Below, one piece after another: positions 38,661 through 49,600 of a stretch of DNA of 64,000 nt. The notes beneath the pieces are model-generated. The model was not told where the DNA came from. It searched no databases and saw nothing but the letters and a program-made list of their open reading frames with translations. The stretch covers positions 50,246,762 to 50,310,761 of the forward strand of contig NC_068995.1 of NCBI RefSeq assembly GCF_001194135.2, given 5' to 3'. The DNA comes from Octopus bimaculoides. Lineage: Eukaryota. How positions within the stretch are numbered: the first letter of the stretch is position 1; every line of letters begins with the position of its first letter. The position numbers and the translations under genes were made by a program.

Positions 38661-40648
38661 ACATTGTTGTTTGATTAGTTGCTTCGTAACCACATGGCTT
38701 CAGGTTATGTTCTACTGGGCAAATGTCTTCTACTATAACCCTGAGGCAGCCAAAAACCTTCTGAGTGGTATTTGGCATTAGGAAGGGCATCCAGCTGTAG
38801 AAACCATGCCAAAACAGATGGCTGGAGTCTGGTACAGCCCTCTGGCTTGTCAGCTCCTGTTCAAACCATCCAACCCATGCTAGCATGGAAAATGGATGTT
38901 AAATGATGATCATGACGATATGTGTGTATGTGTGCATATATATATATACATACACATACACACATCATGTATGTACATGCATGTATTTGTGTACGTCTGT
39001 GTGTGTATTACAGTCTCCTTGTCTTGACATCACATGACAGTTGTAAACAAGTGTCACCATCATCTGAGCTATGTCCTTCATTTTCAATCTTCTGTGAAAA
39101 CATGTCCTGTGTTAGTTAAAAATGGGTGAGGGCTGGCAGCAGGAAGAGCATCCAGCCATAAAATAAATGCCTTAAATAAACTCCATCTGATGAATGTTAA
39201 AAATGGTGATGATGATCATTCTATATACACACAAACATACACATATATACATATATCATATTCTAATGTGTATAAGGAAAACCTTTTTTGTCAAAAATTA
39301 GGTTAAAAAAATATGGATAGTATAGATACAAAACCCTTTTTTTTTCAAATTTGAAACCCCCCAAATTAGGGGGTTCCTTATACACATTAAAATACAGTAT
39401 ACATAAATGTAGACACACAGACACCTCAGATGAATACTGTGCTATTTTTATGCCAATGTTTCTTACTTTCAAACTTCACCTATGACTCAGTTCTATACTT
39501 CTAAGACACTTTCCCCTAATTATGTGACATCCATTTCCTGAACATATGAAACTCAAGCAATAAATTGCAGATGAAGTGGGTGTGGCTGCAGTAAGATATT
39601 ATATCATTAACATATTCATATGTTAACACATTAACATATCTGTTCATATATTTGTGTTCCTTTCATGTAGAATCAAATCATTGCACATCATACAAAATGA
39701 TTAAATTCTTCCAGGTTATTGACCAAGTTAAATTAAATAACAGTTAATTATAATATAAAGGTTGTTGTACAGAGCATTCTTTGACATAAATGTACATTCA
39801 TATGCATCATCGTCATCATTTTAATGTCCACTTTTCCAAGCTTGCATGAATCAGATGGAGGTCACTGAGGCAGATTTTCTATGACTGGATGCTCTTCCTG
39901 TTGCCAACCCTCACCTGTTTCTCAGCAAGGTAATATTTCTCCAAGGCCAGACATATTCTCAGTAAATTGGTAATGAATAACACAACTTGTATCACAGTGA
40001 CAATCATTTACAAACTGTTATGTGATGTCAAGATAAGGAGACAAAAAACATGCATTCACACACACACATGACAGGCTTATTTCAGCTTTTAACCAAGGGC
40101 TACTTCAAAAAACACTTTCCCAGTGCCATGTAGTGGAACTGAACCTGGGACCATGTGGCTGGGTAGCAAACTTCCTGCCACACACAAAATTTCTTGTTAT
40201 ATAGGTTTGTGTACAATAAACAAGTATTGAATAAAGGAGTCAATACAAGTTGAAAAGCTACAGTAATATCTGTTACCAATGGTGACCATTTACTTTGGTG
40301 CTTCACCAATGATGCTGGCTTCTCAACAAACTGTTTTGAGAAGTTGTTATCTCTGAAGCTTCCAAGCAAAGAGTCATCAGTGATAATTATTCTGTATCTA
40401 TGTCTATACACACATGCGCTCTTTCTTTCTCTCTCTCCTACCCAACACATTCTCTCATTATCTATATGTTCTTCATATTATGCTATAGCCCTCCCCAGAC
40501 TGCAGAGAACCCTGTGGGATCATGCAAAGGTGGGAGTTTAATGTGATTACAAATAAGAACTGAAACCTGAGCAGTAAGACTGCCATGCACTGAGCACATC
40601 CAGCCCACCCCCCCAACACACACACACACACACACACANNNNNNNNNN

Positions 40649-40689
<41 letters not shown>

Positions 40690-43600
40690 CCTTTCTGATG
40701 TTGATCATCTGTAAAAATTGTATTATAAAATTTAATTTATGACAGTAATCTGATAACGAAACCAATGATTTTAAATCCGTTTTAATCCATTTTAAATAGA
40801 TTTTCCTCATGATAACTTAACGAAACTGATGCCAGTAAACTATTATGCTTGCATGTGAATAGGAAAATGTAGATAAATTGGTGTGAAAGACAAGTCATAT
40901 GTAGATTGCAGAGAAAGTTCCTATGGCAAGGGTGGAAATCATGAAAGACTCAAAAAGTAATTTCATAACATTCTTCAACAGATATGGGCAACCTTTTCTG
41001 AGAAGAAGGCTACAAGAGACATAACTCATCAGCAGGCAGGTAACATGACTAAAAAGAGTCAAGGTTATTTTTATAAGGTATGCCATTCAGTAAGTCCCGC
41101 AGGCTGCCCATGAGCAGCCTAGAACACAGCCTTAAAAAATAAGATGATGTAAGATTTAGAGAGGGAGAGGGAAAGACCTATCAAATATGGCTGCAGAGTA
41201 AATTAGACATTTGAATAATATTGGTTTCAAATTTTGGCACATGGCCAACAATTTCAGGGAAGAGGGTAAATCAGTTAGATTGAGCCCCACCTCTCAACTG
41301 GTACTTATTCTATGAACCCTGAAAGGATGAAAGGCAAAAGTTGAGTCTTGGCGGAATTTGAACTCAGAATGTAAAAATGGATGAAATGCTGCTAAGCATT
41401 TTGCCCAGTGTGCCAATGATTCTGCGAGCTCCCACCACCTTCAAGATATCTGAATAATCTACTATATACTCTTGTGTTTTTCTCTATCACAACATATGAA
41501 TGAGAAAGGAAGGGGTGATAGATAAATAAGAAAGGGAGGGGTGATGGCAAATTGGTAGTGGGAGCATTCCAGCTCTGTGTGAGTATATGTGTATGTGTGT
41601 GTGTGTGTGTGTACAATGGAAGTGGGATGGTGAACATTCAACACTGAAAAGAAAAATCAAACAGCGTTTCAACTCTGTGTGAGTATATGTGTGTATGTGT
41701 GTGCATGTACAAGGGAAGTATGCGAATGTTATGTGTGAAGCAGCGTTCTTTCAATAACAAACGATGATCGATGTCACATCTCAAAAGACAACCACTAGAT
41801 AACCTCGACAAGTGTATCAATTTGATTTACCAACCATATTTATATGTACAATACTACACTTAGCCGTCATTTTTCACGGTATAGGGCCAGCTGGTACTAA
41901 TTATAATTATCACCATGGAGATGGTCATGCCGCTGCTGAAATACAAAAATTAGTTTCAAAACTTTGAATAAAAAAAAAAAAGGTTTAGGACAGAATATAC
42001 TGTCCCTTTGTTTAGAATCTGAAGAAGTGAACATGACATTACAACAGGGGCACAAGCAGGATTTGAACTTACGCTGGACATTGGGGGAAATCCCTGTAGA
42101 GTTGATTGACATAGCTGAATGTAAAGGGTCACATGTGAACATAAAATTGTTTAGTTAAACTATGTATGACAGGAAGGAAAAAAAAATAATCAACAACGAA
42201 TATATTTCAAACAAAATATAAAAGAAAGATTAACTGAATCACTCACCGGTCATTAAGTCATTTATGGCCTTCGCTCGTTCTCCATAATCCCACGGTACCT
42301 CATAGTTTCCCTGACCTGCATCATCACCAGCAGCCCAGTTGCCGCTGGACAATGATGGAACACCACTAACTTGATGCTTTGGAGACGTTTTGATATGTGA
42401 AGCCTGAAATTTTTCTTCTAACATTTTTTGTTTTGCAGCAGAGTCCCATGGCTCTTCATACATACTACTACTTGGTTGTTTCCGTACAGACCGAGGCTCA
42501 AGGTAATCAGAGTCCAAAGCTGAATTGCTCTTCTCTGCTAAACCCAATTTCTCATGCAATAATTTCTGACGTCGGGCAAGATCCCAAGGTTCTTCATAGT
42601 TACCAGTTCCAACTTGCTGAGATTTCAATCGTCCATCGCCAGTCGGCGATGGCAACGAGTGAATACCTGCAGCAGAAACCTTTTCTTCTAGTTGCCTCTT
42701 ACGCAGTTCTGAATCCCAAGGTTCTTCATATGTTTGTGATTCCATTGTGACTTCCCGTATCGGGGAGGATTCGGATAACATCTCCACTGTCATTCCAGTC
42801 GGACTACTAGGATGGGATGATGCGGACGATTGAGAATGACTGTCCAGTTCGGAGGAATATTGTCGTTCAGCAGCCTTGAATAAGTAGAAACAAAAAACAA
42901 AGTCAATACATGGAGAAAAACATTACGTTACATCAATAGAGATTACATTTAACAATGGGACCCCAAGATGGCTGCAACTCTTGGACCGAAAAATGTAAAA
43001 CAGTAAAGGCTTTTTGAAATTATAGTGTGTGGTCAAACATTGCTAAGCATTTTGCCTGGCATGCTAACAATTCTGCCAGCTTATGTAAAACCATGATAAT
43101 AAAGTTTTATCTATATCTATGACAAGAAATTTCAAAATTTTAGACCAATTAAGTAAAGAAAAGAAAAAAAAAAACACTATCTGAGAGTTGATAAAATGTC
43201 AATAAAATAAATAAATAAACCAATCATGTCACTGATTTAATAAGTCATGAGTTATTTTGAATTGTATTCATTTTGACCAAAAAAGTGACATACTTCTGTG
43301 AGGAGAAATTTAATGGGTGATAAAAGGGATGAAAAGATGAAAGACAAAGTCAATTGTTGCTAGGATTTGAACTTGAAACAAAGAGAAAACCACGAATAGT
43401 CAAATAACTAGCTTGGTACTTTCCAATCTCAGAGTCATCCACCACCGCCACCGTCGCCACCACCACCAACGCACACTCCCCATTACCATCATCTGGTTGT
43501 CAAGTTTTCCACAAGACTAAGCACCCTGCACCAGCCCCCACCCTTAACAGTGTGTACTGGGTGCACTTTTATCATGGGGCCCCAGCACTAGGGAAGATAG

Positions 43601-46575
43601 AGACAAGAGAGTGAGGAACAGCAAGAGGTGGGTAAATGAGAGTGAATGATGGGTGTTGATATCAAATATTCATGAAGGAGTGCAGGTAGATTCTATGGGG
43701 TAACATGCAAATCTGATGCGGTCCCTTATGTCTGTACCTTAAGATGATGAGAGAACTGGGGCGATAAGGATAAAAGAGGGAGGAGGGGTGGAGCCAAGAG
43801 CATAAATGAAGAATTAAGAAGCTTTAGAATTTTGGGTATAGTGACACTGCAAATCTTTCCTTTCATCTCCTGGGGCAGAGTAAATGGTAGTTAGTTCCAG
43901 CAGACAATCAGAACTGAGTTGTGGATTTACTTTTTCAAAAAACTTACTGCATTAGCACCAGTACATCACAGCAGCTGTAATAATAATGGAGCCATTACAT
44001 ACAGTTACACAACTCGCAAGAAATTTCACAGGAGAAACAAGACAACACAAAGGAACAGGTATAAGTCACCCGGGAGACATCAGTATCAGCAGACTAAACT
44101 AATCTTGGAAGGATGATAGGCTAAGTTCACCCTAGCAAAATTTGAACTCACAATGTTAAGAGTTAGAACAAATATCACAACTGAACTCTCTCAACTGTGA
44201 GACTAGGTGCCAATATCTTAGAAACCAATTGCAACAACTTTTTGTAATATTTACAGAAAATCATTTCTCTTTATAAGAATTATGGATGACATACTTAAAG
44301 GATTGGAAATGAGAGGTTGTGAAGTTCATGCTTTTCTTTAAGGGACAAAGTGTATAACAAGTGAAGTTAAATGTCATTAACTTAAATACCAACCAACACA
44401 CCTGAAATCGCTCCTCATTCTAAGAAACCAAACCTGGTGGTTTAAAGTGTTTCTATTTAAAGAAAGACCTTCCAACATAATTTCATATACCATTTCTTTT
44501 GTTAAATTATGTTCTAAAACAACCAAATACCAGTGAACAAACAAAATACATACACTGAGTATGTGCAGTCGTCATCATCATAATCAACATCATTATCATC
44601 ATTGTTTAATGTCTGCTTTCCATGCTGGCATGGGTTGGATGGTTTAACAGAAACTGGTAGGGCAGAAGACTGCACCAGACTTCTGTGTCTGTTTTGGCAT
44701 GGTTTTTACAGCTGGGTGCCCTTTCAAATGCCAGCACTCAATAACATTATGTCTGTCTGTCTGTCTGTCACGGTATTGACCAGACTATCAGAAGTTGTTA
44801 CGCATGGCTGATCACAGTGCACTTCCTCACATTGTTGCAGTTTTCAAATGATGCTACCCTGCTAGCTATGCAGGCAGGTCGACATTATTGCTGGATGGAA
44901 GGCTGGTCCTTAGCCGGGTCACCTATTTACAGGTGAGTGGACTAGAGCAACATGAAAAGGAGTGTTTCGCTCACGAACACAATGCAGGGCTGATCTGGGA
45001 ATTGAAACTACACTCTTGCAATAATGAATACAACATCCTAACCACTATGCCATGCACCTACACCTTCACGCATACACAGCTGTAGTGATGGGCTTTTACA
45101 CACACACACACACACACACACATATAAGGTCCATAATTTTAACTAATTATCAAAAGTCAAAGATTCAAGCACACAAAATTACCTTGGAAATGTCAGCAAA
45201 TACCACACAGACCCAACTATTTTGTAATTCAATAACAAACACACGTAAGCACAATTTCTAAATTAAATTGTTATCAGAACTGGGACTTAGACAAACCACA
45301 CACACATACACATGTACATATTTACACAGATACATATAGATATATGCATGCACATGTACATATGCATACACACACCTGTACCTACACATATACGCATTCA
45401 CACACATATATGTACACACACACACACACACACACAGACATGTATGCACACATATACGTACACATATACAGGCATATGCACACACACACAAATGAGAACA
45501 GAAATGCTCATAATATGGAACAATGTTTTTTTTCTTCTTCAATTAAATGCTGCTCAGCACCTGAATGAGTGTGCGCACAAGAACAGATTTGGAACAGTAA
45601 ACAGCAGGCCATAATAAGGTTTGAAACATTGATAAATTGAAAATAAACTTCAGAAGTTTTTAACATGAATGTCACAGATATATGTGACTTGAGGGGTGGA
45701 TGGTATTAAAAGGAAAAAAAATAATAATATTTATAATAAAAATAAAAGTATTAGTAGTAGTAATGGTTGATAAACAGGAAAACAAAATTAACTGCTTGGG
45801 TTAGTAATCCTGAATGTTTAACATTTTTCTGTATGTAGAGGTGGGGTGGGGTTAAAATACTTTACAAAACTCCTACAGGCCAATTATTTCGATAGATAAA
45901 TGGATAGATAGATAGATACAGACAGGGGTAAAGAAAGCAAGAGAGTGAGAGAGAAAATGAAAAAGAAGATTCAAATATTTTGTGAAGCCTTTATCATCTC
46001 TATCAGGTTTAACCAAATTATTGTACTCTAATTTATCTCCCCCTTGTTAATGACTGAACTGACCACTAGAGTGACGGTTATTGTCATCAACTGCTATTTA
46101 TGTCAAACATAAAACTTTTAGAATTATAAGAAAACGGTTTTTAGGGAATTATAGCTGTGAAGGGAGTCTCTTAGAATTATATGGTAAAAGGGGACAAGAA
46201 ACTAAGAATATAAATAATTTTCTTAAAGAGAATATAAATATAATAGACGTAGGTATGGTTATGTGGTTAGCAGGTTTGTCCTGCAATCATGTAATTTCAC
46301 GTTCAGTCCCACACTGCATCTTGGGCAAGTGTTATCTACAATAGTCCTGGGTCATGCAAGGATGGGAAAGTGGACACTGAAGTGACGATGATGATTTTGG
46401 ACATTGGCCTTGTTTGTTCATTAGTTTTTATGTTTGTTCTTTTATGCAAGCATGGGTTGAACAGTTTGAGAGGAGCTAATCAGCTGAAGAGTTGTTCAGA
46501 CAGCATGGTTTCTATGGCTGGATGCCCTTCCTAATGCCATCCACATACATACATACACACACACACATACATGCA

Positions 46576-46621
<46 letters not shown>

Positions 46622-49600
46622 AAACAGTACAGTTAAAGTGTTCTAAATTTGTATGTTGACATACAAATTTAGAACAATTTAGAAAGAATTTCTGATTAAA
46701 TTCTGGTAGGGACACCATATGCCATTTTGCAACCATAACAAAAAATAGGTCACAGTATCGATTTATAAATTTGTATGTAATACACTTGGTAGTATACTAT
46801 GGTTGCAAAACAGAATATGGTGTCTCTACCAGCAATTAATAGTTACATAGCAGTTGCCAGGAATGTGTTTAATATGTAAAATTAGTCAATCCAATAGTAT
46901 TAAACCATTGAACTTAGTGGCTATTTAAGCAATGTGTTTGTGGATGGTTAACGGGTCGGATGTGATACTGAAGAAAGAGCAAGAACCCTGAAATATGTAT
47001 ATACACACATTACCTATTTTCCTATCTGTGATTGTTTTGTTTACATGGATGTATTCGTATATATGAAACATTGTAACTTTCAGTGCTGGCTCAAAATTCT
47101 GTAGAAAATCTGTAGAGATAACTTAATAGGAGTTTCTGATGTTCAAAAACAAAGGTTTTCTTTTTTGAGAGGGAAAAGTTTTCTTTTGTTCTTAGTTGAT
47201 GAGAGTTTAGACACAGATCAGGATGACAGGAAATAACCTTGGCTGGCAAAGCTGACCACAGCTAACTAATGCAAGGCATTTTGTTAGATGTTCTGATGTT
47301 CTAACATTTCTGCCAATCCACTGCTTTAACGAAGAGGTCATATATATATTAGTAACACTAAAACAAGGCTACACATCAAGAACACTTCCACAGTGACATT
47401 TCATTTCCAAGTGATTGTAAACAATTTAATGTTTAAATATGAATAAAAGAAATGTTGAACTCAGTCCTCTGTAGTCTTAGCTTGTTAGTTGCTATTACTT
47501 AAAAAACCCCACAAGAATGGAAACCAGTAAACAACTACTTATATAGCATTAAAATATACACACAGCTCAATGATGTCTAATATACTTTCTACTTAGTCTA
47601 ATCAACTGACAACTACTTGACATTATACCAACACCAAATTACTTAATTCATAGAAAGAAAAAAAAAGGTGTGTATGTTTGTGGTGTACGGAGAGAGCAGG
47701 ACATTAACTCATCATATCAAAAGAACAGTTCCTCCTCCTCCTCCTTCTTACGGAATTGTTGGCACGCCAGGAAAAATGCTTAGTGGCATTTCATCCATTT
47801 TTACGTTCTGTGTTCAAATGCTGTCAGAGCTGTTTTTGTTTTTCATCTTTTCAGGGTCAATAAAATAAGTACCAGTTGATTACTGGGGGTCGATGTAATC
47901 AACTTGCCCTCTTCTTCAAAACTGCTGACCGTATGCCAAATTTTGAAACCATTATAATTTCTCTTTATCACAGGTTTTGTTGGAGCTTCTGGAGTCTTGC
48001 ATGCATACTGGGCTTGCTACCTGCAGCCTACAGTACCATGTTATTCACTCTTTGCAGCTATATAATACATTTCCTGATTATTCTGGCTGTGCCAAGGAGG
48101 CAAACCTTTTGTAAAAGTTCTATTCCAATTTCCTTTATATTCCCCTTGATGCCTTCTGATACTGTTCCCAAAGATCCAACAATAATTGGCACTATCTTCA
48201 CCTTCTTCATTTTCCAGAGCTGGGCTATTTCGTACTTAAGAGGGTTGTATTATTATTATTATTATTATTATTATTAAGGCTGTGAGCTGGCAGAATTGTT
48301 AGCACATCAAGCAAAATGCTTAGCATCATTTGGTCTGTCTTTATGTTCAAAATTCAAATTTTGCTGAGGTTGACTTTACCTTTCATCCTTTCAGGTTTGA
48401 TAAAATAGGTTCCAGTGGAACACTGGGGTTGTTGTNNNNNNNNNNNNNNNNNNNNNNNNNNNNNNNNNNNNNNNNNNNNNNNNNNNNNNNNNNNNNNNNN
48501 NNNNNNNNNNNNNNNNNNNNNNNNNNNNNNNNNNNNNNNNNNNNNNNNNNNNNNNNNNNNNNNNNNNNNNNNNNNNNNNNNNNNNNNNNNNNNNNNNNNN
48601 NNNNNNNNNNNNNNNNNNNNNNNNNNNNNNNNNNNNNNNNNNNNNNNNNNNNNNNNNNNNNNNNNNNNNNNNNNNNNNNNNNNNNNNNNNNNNNNNNNNN
48701 NNNNNNNNNNNNNNNNNNNNNNNNNNNNNNNNNNNNNNNNNNNNNNNNNNNNNNNNNNNNNNNNNNNNNNNNNNNNNNNNNNNNNNNNNNNNNNNNNNNN
48801 NNNNNNNNNNNNNNNNNNNNNNNNNNNNNNNNNNNNNNNCAGTCGAGTTTATTTCAGATATTCTCATTTTAAAAATCATCTCTGGCTAATCATTGAGAGG
48901 ACATTGGTGTTGCCTTGGCAGAGGTTTGCGCTCTCTGAGTGCTCGTTATTATTGTTATTATTATTATATTTCTATCTTTACAAATCACTTCTTATTTCAG
49001 TATCTTAAAATGAATCTCACCAAGTGGCTGTTGCACAACAACTCTAGATTTTCGTTAATAATATCCACAGTCCTAAATTGTAACTCAATGAAACACAGGC
49101 ACTCCTATTTATGTAACTGATACCCAAAGAAGGAGTAGGAGGGGGGGGGTCATGCTTACACTTTATATAAAGATAAGTAACAGTAGGAGTCTAAACAAAC
49201 AATAATTATGATGACTTAGGCTTTCATAAAAACAAGTGTATTTCACTTTCAGAACAAAAGGAGGGAAATTTTAACAGCTAATGAACTCATTCAATGGAAA
49301 TAAAACTATTTTAATGTGACATGATGAATAGTGAAAGCAGATTTTGATGAACGTGGTAGATTATAAAAAAGGAAAATGGGAGTGATTCTTACTTTTAAAG
49401 ATAGAAAGTATTAGAAACTACAATCAGATTGAGATAGTGCAAACAAAAGCTGTGTGCCACAATATAGTAACATACAGGATGTTATTAAATGAGGAATAAT
49501 GTTCTAAAGAGCCGAGGTCAATGTCTGTTGCAATTTAGGATTATTTAAGCAGTAAAGTCAAGTGCAAGCATTAACCCTTTAGCATTCAGATTTTATCAAA

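Noticed and set aside
42397-42750. 117-aa plus-strand ORF, and the alternative-frame ORF 19106-19315
   Set aside because: Antisense or shifted-frame shadows of true coding exons
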